Shown here: piece after piece, positions 19,418-29,057 of the stretch
How the letters are laid out: every line of letters begins with the position of its first letter
Numbering within the stretch: the stretch's first letter is position 1
IMG/VR virus record: IMGVR_UViG_3300013131_000051
Location: 1 to 56,132 of that record
Source of the DNA: a virus
Lineage: Duplodnaviria > Caudoviricetes
Strand: one strand, 5' to 3'
Length of the DNA stretch: 56,132 nucleotides
Position numbers and translations under genes: made by a program
Notes under the pieces: generated by a model
Databases searched by the model: none
The model's input: only the letters and a program-made list of their open reading frames with translations
What the model was told of the DNA's origin: nothing

Positions 19418-21615
19418 TGAGTATTCTGATTCAACAATATAGCGTAACAGGTGATTGTACAAATACAAACTCAGGTGAACTGTTTCTTAGTATCACAGGA
19501 TCAACGCCCCCATTCGCAGTAAACTGTATAACCACAGATTGTCCATTACCAACTTCAGCGCTAACCGCACCTTACGAATATAGTGTAACTGGTTTATCAG
19601 GTGGAACTTACTTTTTACAAATAACTGACGGTACGTCAGCTTCGATTATAAATGCAGTTTATATTTCAACAGGAACAACCGCCACAATTGATTCTACAAA
19701 TACTAGTTGTGGATTTAACAACGGAAGTATAACGGGATTCACTTCATCCGTCTATGGTTTTTCAACATTTTTACTTTATGACATTACAAATAATCTTGTG
19801 ACTAGTGGAATTTCTACCACAAACTATTTAGATTTCACAAGTCTGTCTGCGGGAACTTACTACATAGTTGCCAATGATGGTGGAGGATGTACTGGAATTA
19901 CCGCTTCAGTCATTTTGAATCCATCATCAGGTATCACCTTTGGTGGTTATGTTGTTGATGATGCCAGTTGTATTGGAACGGGAAGTGGTAAAATATTTAT
20001 CACAGGTTTAACATCGCCATCAGTCGATTACACAATAACGTGGTCTCCTAACGCAAACGGTCAAACAGGATCTACAATTACCGGTCTAACGGCAGGTGTA
20101 TATATCGCAAGAGTTACTGATTCTATTGGTTGTTTTTCCTCACAATCATTTACGGTTAATTTAGTTCCCCCATTAACTTCTGGTGGTTTTATTGTAATTT
20201 CACAACCAACATGTTTTAGTAACGATGGTGAGGTAGAATTTATAATTGTAGATGGAACCCCACCATATTTTTTTAGTGCTTCCACAGGACAAGTTGAAAT
20301 AACATTTGGTTCATCAGTTACATTTACAGGATTGTCAGCAGGATTTTATTCTTTCTTAGTCACCGATGCCGGACTATGTACAATTTACGATTCAGTAAGT
20401 TTAACAACTCCTAATTCTTTTACAACCGTTCAGTTAACAACAACAAATTCCACATGTTCAGTGAACAATGGATCTTTAAATGTTTTAGTTGATGGCGGAT
20501 TAAGTCCCGCATTGAATCTACAAATTTCTATTTCAGGTTCTACAGGTATTAGTCAAGTTGGGTTAATGGGAAATTCTAATCAAACTTTCAATGGGTTAGC
20601 AAATGGAACTTATATTGTTACAGTCACATCAGCAGGATGTACTTATACTGCATCTACAGTAATTGAGTCTGTTAATTTATTTAGCGCCACAACTCAAGTA
20701 ACAGGAACAACTTGTGGTTTAAACAATGGGATTCTACAAGTCCAAGCATCAACTGGTGGAACATTTCCGTATATTTATACTTTGGTAGGACCAACAGGTC
20801 CAAATCCAACTACAGTCACAAGTCAATATAATGTTTTTAACAACTTATACAGCGGAAATTATGTATTAACAATACAAGATTCGTCAACACCTAATTGTAT
20901 TCAAACATTTCCAATAAACATATCAACAAGTCAACCTGTAAATTTTAATTTAGTTCCTAACCAACCAATTGTTGGTAACGACGGATCTATAACCGCATTT
21001 ATAACACAAGGAACTCCACCATTCACTCTTAATTGGAGTGGGGGTACTGCAGAAACACAAGTTGGGTATGTGGTGACTGGTTTAACCGCAGGTACTTATA
21101 GTTTAACTGTAATTGACGCAAGTGGATGTAGTCTTACAAAATACGCAATTTTACAAGGAACAAAAAAATTTAGTAATTATCAATATTACAATGTTTGTAA
21201 TAATACTTTTATCGATAGTGGATTAGTCACAAAAAGAACTGTTAGATCAATGTTTTTAGAAGGTTTTTCTGATTTAACAAGTGGAGATACCAATTGTATT
21301 ATAGACTCTGCAACATTTTCTATTTCGGCTAAAGTGGGTTCACAATCCGCTATTACTGAATTTTATTCATCTAGTGGTGCAACAGATTATCCTAACGATA
21401 TTCAGTGGGCAGAAGCAATAACTAACATTTTGAATGATTTTGTTGGAATTTCAAACGTGACTATTGATTTAGTTTCTAATAGAATTACGATAAAAACAAA
21501 CTGTGAAGAAATTAATAAATTTTGTAAACCACAAGTTATAAATCCATTACAAGATACAGAAATGGAAGTTAATTTAGTGATTGATTATAACATATCTTGT
21601 GTAGATTGTAGTTAA
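19417..21615 (+). CDS. Tail fibre/adhesin-like protein with SprB-type repeats
   Basis: Repeated units such as C..NGSI...GGTPPY..W...TGLTAGTY.V.VTD..GC. Confidence 0.7.
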   Translation: MSILIQQYSVTGDCTNTNSGELFLSITGSTPPFAVNCITTDCPLPTSALTAPYEYSVTGLSGGTYFLQITDGTSASIINAVYISTGTTATIDSTNTSCGFNNGSITGFTSSVYGFSTFLLYDITNNLVTSGISTTNYLDFTSLSAGTYYIVANDGGGCTGITASVILNPSSGITFGGYVVDDASCIGTGSGKIFITGLTSPSVDYTITWSPNANGQTGSTITGLTAGVYIARVTDSIGCFSSQSFTVNLVPPLTSGGFIVISQPTCFSNDGEVEFIIVDGTPPYFFSASTGQVEITFGSSVTFTGLSAGFYSFLVTDAGLCTIYDSVSLTTPNSFTTVQLTTTNSTCSVNNGSLNVLVDGGLSPALNLQISISGSTGISQVGLMGNSNQTFNGLANGTYIVTVTSAGCTYTASTVIESVNLFSATTQVTGTTCGLNNGILQVQASTGGTFPYIYTLVGPTGPNPTTVTSQYNVFNNLYSGNYVLTIQDSSTPNCIQTFPINISTSQPVNFNLVPNQPIVGNDGSITAFITQGTPPFTLNWSGGTAETQVGYVVTGLTAGTYSLTVIDASGCSLTKYAILQGTKKFSNYQYYNVCNNTFIDSGLVTKRTVRSMFLEGFSDLTSGDTNCIIDSATFSISAKVGSQSAITEFYSSSGATDYPNDIQWAEAITNILNDFVGISNVTIDLVSNRITIKTNCEEINKFCKPQVINPLQDTEMEVNLVIDYNISCVDCS

Positions 21616-21921
21616 ATGGCAAACCAAGTTTTAGTCACAACAATAGTTAATTTAGTGCCGCCATTTAGTGGCATTGCTTGTGATGTATATGGTAATCAAT
21701 GTCAATATTTAGGAACAGGATCAACCTTACCTCATATTTTTAATTTACCCTCGCAATTCGACACAGCTCCTGCCATGCAACTTACAATCATTGATAGTTA
21801 TGGGTGTTTGTTTTCTGAAATTATTTACTGTTCTCCAGAGGCGGATTTTGGTAAATCAAAACAATTCCAAACATTTGATTATTTCTTTTTTATGGATGGA
21901 GATCAATACGATTTTCAATAA
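21616..21921 (+). CDS. Small Cys-containing structural protein (paralog of 30533..30766)
   Basis: Shares the PPF...CD....C.Y......LP..F.LP.......I.DS..C pattern with 30533..30766. Confidence 0.55.
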   Translation: MANQVLVTTIVNLVPPFSGIACDVYGNQCQYLGTGSTLPHIFNLPSQFDTAPAMQLTIIDSYGCLFSEIIYCSPEADFGKSKQFQTFDYFFFMDGDQYDFQ

Positions 21922-21943
21922 AGTTAATATTTATAAATAAAAA

Positions 21944-22663
21944 ATGTCTTTACTTACGGATCAAGCTTTGGCCAGCGGTGTTACACCAACAGATTACATT
22001 CACGTTGTTATAACGGGAGACACTAGTCAAAATCCTGCCGGTTCATCATATAAAGCCACAATACAACAAGTTTTTGATTCCTATACAGATGTTTTTGTTA
22101 CGGGAGGAACTTATACTAATTCTACAGGTACTGTGGAATTTACAAATAATACAGGTGGAACATTTAATGTGTCTGGTTTTTACACAGGTGGAACATCACC
22201 AACTTTATATCAAGGTTCATTTTATGATACTGGAGACCAAACGGGGGCCGCTTCGAGTGTATTAACCATGTCTGCAAATACTTCAGATATTTGGAATAAT
22301 GGAATTACATTAAGTGCTGATACAAAATTTGTAATTGAAAATCCAGGAGTTTATAATTTAGCATTTAGTGCTCAGATGGTTAAAACTGGTGGTAATAGTG
22401 CGACTCATGCTCACATTTGGCTTTACCAAAACGGGCTAGATGTTCCTAACAGTGCAAGTCAAATTGGTTTCCCATCAAATTCTGTTTATGTTGTTCCTGC
22501 TTGGAACTTTTTTTTCGAAACGACAACCGCTAATGAGTATGTGGAGTTGAAATGGGAAATAAATAGTAATGTTGATAATCAATTGTTTATAAAATACCAA
22601 GCGGCTTCAGGAAATGTGCCCGCAATTCCATCTTTAATTGTTACAATTAATAAGGTAGGTTAA
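21944..22663 (+). CDS. Tail fibre/receptor-binding-like protein with C1q/BclA-like C-terminal domain
   Basis: GSFYDT...GVYNLAFSAQ...IWLYQNG...YVELKW pattern; GGTY...GTVEFTNNTGGTFNVSGF spacer. Confidence 0.55.
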   Translation: MSLLTDQALASGVTPTDYIHVVITGDTSQNPAGSSYKATIQQVFDSYTDVFVTGGTYTNSTGTVEFTNNTGGTFNVSGFYTGGTSPTLYQGSFYDTGDQTGAASSVLTMSANTSDIWNNGITLSADTKFVIENPGVYNLAFSAQMVKTGGNSATHAHIWLYQNGLDVPNSASQIGFPSNSVYVVPAWNFFFETTTANEYVELKWEINSNVDNQLFIKYQAASGNVPAIPSLIVTINKVG

Positions 22664-22697
22664 TTCACTTTATAGCTTTTTTATTTATTTTTTTGAT

Positions 22698-23678
22698 ATG
22701 GAAAATCTATCATTTGTAACCGCACAACCAGATGTACCATACTTCATTTGGCAAACCAAGCTTTATATTCACAACTTTATTGAAAAAAAAATTGATCCAT
22801 CAAATATTCATATAATTTTTGCAATTGTAACCCCAAATAAAGAACCATCCAAAGAGTCTTTAGAATTAAAAAAAATGGGAGTAAACGTCCATTACTATTT
22901 TGACGAAAGAAGAAAAAAACATTACATCCCTTCTATAAAACCATACCTGATTTCAAAGTGGATAAAAGATTATCCTCAAAACGGAAAATTATTCTTTTTG
23001 CATGACGCAGATATAATATTTAGAACTTTACCCGATTTTGAAAAAATGATTCAAGACAACGTTTGTTATTTGTCAGACACAAATGGATATATTAGTTATG
23101 ACTATATTGTTGATTGTTGTAGAAGATACGAACAACAACACCCAAGTTCAACAAAAAATCAGTTGTTAGAAGAAATGGCACAAGTTGTAAAAATTGATGT
23201 AGATATAATTAAAAAAAATAGACTCCATTCAGGTGGAGGTCAGTATATTATTAAAGATACAACAAGCGAGTTGTGGGAAAAAATATATGAAGACTCGATA
23301 GGGTTATATAATCAAATGTTAGATTATCAAAAAAGATTTCCAATTTCACCTGGAGAAATTCAATTTTGGACTGCAGAAATGTGGAGTTTATTGTGGAACT
23401 TGTGGAGAGACAATAAACAAACAATTATAACAAAAGAACTTGATTTTTCATGGGCGACCGACAGTATTGAAGTTTATGAAAAAAAACCAATTTTACATAT
23501 GGCAGGAGTCACTGAAGACTTAAAAAATACAAAATTCTACAAAGGTTCCTATATTAATGTAGACCCATTAAAAAAATTAAAAGAAAACATAAATTATTTT
23601 AATTATATAGATTCTAAAAGCTCAACAATAAAATATATTGAAAATATGAAAACTTATCTTCAAAAATACAGTTTTTAA
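22698..23678 (+). CDS. Putative GT-A fold glycosyltransferase
   Basis: DxD motif FLHDADIIF, plus GGGQYIIK, WTAEMWSLLWNLW and ILHMAGV. Lys-rich soluble composition differs from the flanking structural genes. Confidence 0.65.
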   Translation: MENLSFVTAQPDVPYFIWQTKLYIHNFIEKKIDPSNIHIIFAIVTPNKEPSKESLELKKMGVNVHYYFDERRKKHYIPSIKPYLISKWIKDYPQNGKLFFLHDADIIFRTLPDFEKMIQDNVCYLSDTNGYISYDYIVDCCRRYEQQHPSSTKNQLLEEMAQVVKIDVDIIKKNRLHSGGGQYIIKDTTSELWEKIYEDSIGLYNQMLDYQKRFPISPGEIQFWTAEMWSLLWNLWRDNKQTIITKELDFSWATDSIEVYEKKPILHMAGVTEDLKNTKFYKGSYINVDPLKKLKENINYFNYIDSKSSTIKYIENMKTYLQKYSF

Positions 23679-23694
23679 TTATTTATATTAAAAC

Positions 23695-25764
23695 ATGGTA
23701 GAAAACTGTTATATACTTTATTCTTGTGATGGAACCTATCCTCCGATTATATCAAATTTTTCTGGTTTGAGTGAGTCATCATTCAATTATGTTTCTATTG
23801 ATATATCCGGACAAACACCTGATACTTGTTTTTTTGTTGTTGATTTAGGTATTGTGGAATGCGATATCACATATGAAATTACAATCAATACTGGAATTAC
23901 TTGCGATTGTAACTGTTATTGTTATTTTATAAAATCAACAGATCAAACAACAGACATAACATATGTTGATTGTAATGACGACATTGTTGTAGAGACAATC
24001 ACACAAGGTTTAACTTACAATATTTGTAGTAAAATTTATCCTCAGTTTGATGATCAAATTCAGATACCTTTAAAGTTAACGGATATTTGTGAAGACAATC
24101 AATGTCCGACAAGTATTCCTTCTGTTAAACCCAAAAATGAATGCGATGTGATTACAATATTTCCTATGGGTGTTAGTTGTTTTACACAACAACCTTCTTC
24201 AGATAGGACTTTTGATGGTGCGGTAGAATTAGTTGTTACAGGTGGAACTCCGCCTTATACTATTTTTTGGGAAATTGGAAGTTTTGCTCCAGCACTAACT
24301 AATTTGGGGGTTGGAGATTATTCGGCAACAATTACTGACTATTATGGTGATTTTTCGGCCATAACAACTTGTAGTTTAACTGCTGAAACCACAAATTTTT
24401 CTGGTATGTGTTTTGTTCTTACTGGTGTGGTTGAAAACGAACTTGTTTATATAAATTCACAACCCGAAGGTTTCAAAAACACAAAACCTTATTTTATCAT
24501 ACAATATGGTGTAGAACTTTTGGGGTATGTTTTTTGGGATCAGAGTGATAATATGTGGGTTTTTTGTAGTACTTTAGAATGTCAAGGGGAACCTTACAAC
24601 ATTTTAAACGAAAATGACTATTTATATCCTACTGGATCAACGGGAAATTGGGTTTTCAATTCTGACACACAATATTTGATAACTCAATCTACATTAGGTA
24701 ATTGTGAAGAGCCGACTATACCTATTGACTTGACATCATTGTGCGCAACTTTAACTATACGATCATCAAAAACAGATTCTCCTGTTGAATTAATACAAAT
24801 AGAGTTAGATCCGAGTAACACAATAAATGGAGAACCAAGTTGGTCTTCATCAACAGGTCAATATGTTGTTTATTGGAACACTGGATCAACACCACCACAA
24901 TGGGTATTTACCGGTTATTCAAATTCTGTGATAAATATTGTTAACAATGACCCGACATATCCACCATTAAGTAATTGGCAAATTTATGGACCTCCCGAAG
25001 TTTTGAGTTTACAAATGACTCAAGGAGAATGTTTGGATTCTTATGAAATTGTGGTTTCAACTGTAGTAAATGATGCAGAATGTAACACTAATGGAAGTAT
25101 TACCGTAAGCGCAAATGGAGGTCAAATGCCTTATCAATATTCTATCAATGGAGGACTTACATATCAATCATCCCCAATATTCGGTAGTTTGTCACCTGGC
25201 AATTACGATATTTTTGTATTAGACTCAAATAATGTAACAGGTTCATTAACAAACATTGTGGTTGGTAATGTTCCTATAACAAACTATGTGATCAATTTTA
25301 ATATAAATTACAACAATAATACTTTTGTTTTAACCGCTCCGTCTTTACCAATTGGAGTTACCATTACATTGGATGTCGTAATGAATTCAACTTTTAATTA
25401 TTACCCCCAAAATTTAATTCCAATACCAACATATAATAATTTCACAAATATTCAAGGTGTTGGAAATATGACACTTGTAAACACACTAGTCAATGTTTAT
25501 GTATTAGGTGGTCCGTGTAGTATAACAGGACCTATTAATAATACACAAATCGTAAAACAATTCGTAAATACAATAACTATGACAAGTGGTCAAGTAATAT
25601 CAGGGAGCACTACTACAAACATAATTAATCAACCAATTGAATTATGTGAATTGGCATCAGGATATTATTCACTAACCCTATCAAATGTTGTTTTAAATAA
25701 TTGTAGTTGTTGTAATCCTAAAACAATTATCACTTCACCACCTACACCACAACCAAGTTCATAA
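23695..25764 (+). CDS. Cys-rich tail fibre/adhesin-like protein with SprB-type repeats
   Basis: GGTPPYTIFW...LGVGDYSATITD and NGSITVSANGGQMPYQYS...LSPGNYDIFVLDS; Pro/Thr-rich C-terminus. Confidence 0.65.
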   Translation: MVENCYILYSCDGTYPPIISNFSGLSESSFNYVSIDISGQTPDTCFFVVDLGIVECDITYEITINTGITCDCNCYCYFIKSTDQTTDITYVDCNDDIVVETITQGLTYNICSKIYPQFDDQIQIPLKLTDICEDNQCPTSIPSVKPKNECDVITIFPMGVSCFTQQPSSDRTFDGAVELVVTGGTPPYTIFWEIGSFAPALTNLGVGDYSATITDYYGDFSAITTCSLTAETTNFSGMCFVLTGVVENELVYINSQPEGFKNTKPYFIIQYGVELLGYVFWDQSDNMWVFCSTLECQGEPYNILNENDYLYPTGSTGNWVFNSDTQYLITQSTLGNCEEPTIPIDLTSLCATLTIRSSKTDSPVELIQIELDPSNTINGEPSWSSSTGQYVVYWNTGSTPPQWVFTGYSNSVINIVNNDPTYPPLSNWQIYGPPEVLSLQMTQGECLDSYEIVVSTVVNDAECNTNGSITVSANGGQMPYQYSINGGLTYQSSPIFGSLSPGNYDIFVLDSNNVTGSLTNIVVGNVPITNYVINFNINYNNNTFVLTAPSLPIGVTITLDVVMNSTFNYYPQNLIPIPTYNNFTNIQGVGNMTLVNTLVNVYVLGGPCSITGPINNTQIVKQFVNTITMTSGQVISGSTTTNIINQPIELCELASGYYSLTLSNVVLNNCSCCNPKTIITSPPTPQPSS

Positions 25765-25791
25765 ATCAAAATAAGAATATTTATCAATTAA

Positions 25792-28290
25792 ATGGCATAT
25801 ATAATAAAAAACACATCAGGTTTAGTTAACACAAGGGTAACTGATACAGGAAGACAAAGAATGTCTGAAGGGAGATTTAATATTGTCTATTTTGCGGTTG
25901 GAGATAGTGAAATTACATATGATGAATTACCTACAACCTATAACCAAACAAATACTGTAGTTTTGGAACCACAGTTCAATGCCCAAAATAGTTCGGGTGT
26001 ACCTGAGTCAAACCGACAATATATAAAATATCCTTATTTGGTTGATCAAGGTGAAACTAACATATATGGTATACCTTTTATGGACTCTGGTATCGATTCT
26101 GTTTATAATAGGGCGGCAATGAGAGGTTTTTTTACAGGAAATACAACCGCAACTACAATAGATTGGAAGGCCCTTGTAAATAATTCGTATGTCATAACCC
26201 CAAATTATGTGGTTAATATGTCCACTCTCAACGGAACAAATCAAATTTTGGTTGAAAAAATAGACTGTAATGGTCAAAACAACAACACCCCAAATGTTGG
26301 TGATTTTATAACAATTTATTACGATGGTAGGGCAAAAACTGACTGTGTTTGTAGTAATTACCCAACACCAACACCGACACCATCCCTTTACAGTACACCA
26401 ACACCAACACCCACTCCTACAAGCACATTGTCAGAACCATGTGCGTCACCTACACCTACACCATCACCGACACATACTCCATGTTTAACACCCACACCAA
26501 GTGCTCAATGTCCAATACCTCAACCACCAGATTGTGTAAAAGATGTTGTTAGTTGTTTTCCAATTCTTACTTATAAAATTGTTAATGTTTGTGGTAACCT
26601 ATTAACATTAGACAGAAATACACCTGACTTTACTAATTTATCAAGCGATTGTTTAGCAAGAACTTTGATTTATCCCCCACAGATGGTTCCATTATATGAT
26701 AGTTTTACTCCTGAACCACATTGGGATAAAAGTGTTATTGATTTTGAATCTGTTTGTGATACGGATCAGTTTGATGTCAAAATATGGAATATGAATATTC
26801 CGTGGACTGAAAGTCCTGCTGGTTTAATATCAACTCAATTTCAAGATTACACAAAATTTGGTTCAATAAACTATATAGGTCAAAAAGAATATTTTGGTTA
26901 TAATTCATCAAAGGGTCAAAGTTCTACCGATGATGTTTATTACTATAATTCTTTCAAAGAAAAAATTGTAGTGACACCCGAAGAACAAAAAGCAATTGCA
27001 ATTATTCATTATACCAATCAAACAATTGATTTTTTCTATGGTGAAAAATTTGCTTTAGAACCTTATGATCCTACTAATCCCGAAAATACGCAAGGCCAAG
27101 CAAGAAATTTTAAACTTCACATGCCAACAATAATGTGGCATAAAAATCCTGAATGTTGTTTTGGACAAACTTTTTGGGTCGATCCACCAGGATTTGAAAA
27201 TCAAAATTTATTTCAAGTACAATATACGAAGTCAAAAATATCACAACAGATGAATCAAACTGGTATTAGATATTATAATTTGTGGGACACATTTGCACAA
27301 TCTAATGGTTTTCCAAGTAGAATTGGAAAAGTATATCCTGATTCCAAACTAATCATCATTGATGACGAAGAATTGGTTGCGGCATTATCCAATAAATCAA
27401 ACAGAAATTGGACCTTACCAGCACCACAAGTTTCGTTGATTACACCAAATACTTGTGGAACCTCGAATACGACAGGTGTTTTAACGGGAGGGGCAGAAAC
27501 ATTATGGGTTACTTATAGACTATCAAATACCAATACATTCACAAATTCTTTACATAGTAATTATTACACGAGTGTTGTGGGAACTGAAAATATTTGCACA
27601 CCAGACACACCAAAAAATGTTGCAGTAAGATTTGGTGGTGAATTTCCATGTTTAGTGCAACCTGGATATTCACCCACAACTACAACAACAACTCAAAATA
27701 TTACAACAACTACCACCACAGTTTATCCTTACACAACAACTACCACAACTCAATGTCCAACATGTGTTGTTCCTGCTGGATTTTACGCTCAAGAATTTCA
27801 AATATTAGCACAAATTAGACCAACAGGTGTAAGACCTGACCCTTCTTTATGGAGGATGATAGATTTTACAAGTCAAATACAAAATGATTTTATAAATGGA
27901 TTTGTAACCCAAGAATCTCTTACAGCGACCACATTCGTAATCACTTCGGAAAACTATTACTCGGCACCTTATTATAACTTAAATGATTATGTAAGTTTAG
28001 TACCAAACGGTTCAAGTGGAGTAAATTTAAATTTTGGTGATGAATATTATTTTTATGGAAATTTGGAAACAGACATTCAAGCAACAATTTACGAAATGAA
28101 ATATAAAATTAATTTGAGCGTGAATGAATTTATAGTTTCGCAAAATCCGACTTGGACTTTTGGAACACCATCTTACATTACGGAAATTGCACTCATGGAT
28201 GAAAACAAAGACGTTTTAATAATGTCCAAAATGCAGTCACCAGTTTTGAGACAGGGAATTCAACAATATGTTGTTAAATTAGATATTTAA
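25792..28290 (+). CDS. Baseplate/tail-fibre attachment protein with Pro/Thr- and Thr-rich insertions
   Basis: N-terminal TDTGRQ...YFAVGDSEI and C-terminal YITEIALMDENKDVLIMSK resemble tail-fibre anchor domains; internal (PT)n and poly-Thr tracts. Confidence 0.6.
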   Translation: MAYIIKNTSGLVNTRVTDTGRQRMSEGRFNIVYFAVGDSEITYDELPTTYNQTNTVVLEPQFNAQNSSGVPESNRQYIKYPYLVDQGETNIYGIPFMDSGIDSVYNRAAMRGFFTGNTTATTIDWKALVNNSYVITPNYVVNMSTLNGTNQILVEKIDCNGQNNNTPNVGDFITIYYDGRAKTDCVCSNYPTPTPTPSLYSTPTPTPTPTSTLSEPCASPTPTPSPTHTPCLTPTPSAQCPIPQPPDCVKDVVSCFPILTYKIVNVCGNLLTLDRNTPDFTNLSSDCLARTLIYPPQMVPLYDSFTPEPHWDKSVIDFESVCDTDQFDVKIWNMNIPWTESPAGLISTQFQDYTKFGSINYIGQKEYFGYNSSKGQSSTDDVYYYNSFKEKIVVTPEEQKAIAIIHYTNQTIDFFYGEKFALEPYDPTNPENTQGQARNFKLHMPTIMWHKNPECCFGQTFWVDPPGFENQNLFQVQYTKSKISQQMNQTGIRYYNLWDTFAQSNGFPSRIGKVYPDSKLIIIDDEELVAALSNKSNRNWTLPAPQVSLITPNTCGTSNTTGVLTGGAETLWVTYRLSNTNTFTNSLHSNYYTSVVGTENICTPDTPKNVAVRFGGEFPCLVQPGYSPTTTTTTQNITTTTTTVYPYTTTTTTQCPTCVVPAGFYAQEFQILAQIRPTGVRPDPSLWRMIDFTSQIQNDFINGFVTQESLTATTFVITSENYYSAPYYNLNDYVSLVPNGSSGVNLNFGDEYYFYGNLETDIQATIYEMKYKINLSVNEFIVSQNPTWTFGTPSYITEIALMDENKDVLIMSKMQSPVLRQGIQQYVVKLDI
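26361..26520 (+). repeat. Coding (Pro-Thr)n low-complexity tract
   Basis: Encodes PTPTPTPSLYSTPTPTPTPTS...PTPTPSPTHTPCLTPTPS. Confidence 0.85.
27673..27752 (+). repeat. Coding poly-Thr tracts
   Basis: Encodes PTTTTTTQNITTTTTTVYPYTTTTTTQ. Confidence 0.85.
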
Positions 28291-28389
28291 TCAGAAACTT
28301 TACAATTTAAACTTTTTACCGAACCTTTTGATAAGTTAAAACTTTGAATCTTACATTCAAATAAGAAAATTTTTTCGAAGAAAATATAA

Positions 28390-28998
28390 ATGAATAACAC
28401 AAAACTAAAAAACACCCCTAAAATATTAGGACTTGACGTTTCAACCCGTACTATTGGTTGGGCATTATTTGATATTCAAAGTCAGGATCTTTTGGAACTT
28501 ACACATGTTTCACCAAGACCCAAAATGGAAAAAGAAGATGAGAAATTAAAAGAACTTATCCTTAAGTCTGAAATATTTGCTGAAAAACTAAAACAGTATA
28601 AAAATTTAGGTATAGTTAGGGTGATAATAGAAGAACCACTTTTGAATTCCAACAATGTTTATACAATACAAACTCTTCTTAGATTCAATAGCTTTATTTT
28701 TAAAGAAATTTATAATGTTTTGGGTATAGTTCCTGAATTTATTTCAACTTATAATTCAAGAAAATTTGCCTTTCCTGAATTGGTTCAAGAAAATGATAAG
28801 AAAAAGTTTGTTTTATTTGGAGGTTTTCCAAAAGACGTTGATAAAAAACAAATTATTTGGGAAAAGGTGGCTAAAAGAGAACCTCAGATTACTTGGCATT
28901 ATACAAAAAATAACACTCTAAAAAAAGAAAATTTTGATCAAACAGATGCCTACACTTGTGTTTTAGGTTTCATGAGGTCAAAAGAAATTTGGAAATAA
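28390..28998 (+). CDS. RuvC-like Holliday junction resolvase
   Basis: ILGLDVSTRTIGWA, IIEEPL and C-terminal DQTDA acidic motifs of the RNase H/RuvC fold. Confidence 0.8.
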   Translation: MNNTKLKNTPKILGLDVSTRTIGWALFDIQSQDLLELTHVSPRPKMEKEDEKLKELILKSEIFAEKLKQYKNLGIVRVIIEEPLLNSNNVYTIQTLLRFNSFIFKEIYNVLGIVPEFISTYNSRKFAFPELVQENDKKKFVLFGGFPKDVDKKQIIWEKVAKREPQITWHYTKNNTLKKENFDQTDAYTCVLGFMRSKEIWK

Positions 28999-29023
28999 AA
29001 TTTGTCGTTTAAATTAATAATAT

Positions 29024-29057
29024 AAAATATCGTCTTGTAAGACGATATTTTTTTTTT
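29024..29057. terminator. Bidirectional intrinsic terminator between convergent genes
   Basis: Perfect inverted repeat aaaatatcgtctt-gt-aagacgatatttt with flanking A/T runs. Confidence 0.85.

Noticed and set aside
28390-28998. TnpB/Cas12 or transposase
   Set aside because: Only 202 aa with a simple RuvC resolvase motif layout; no Zn finger or IS ends.
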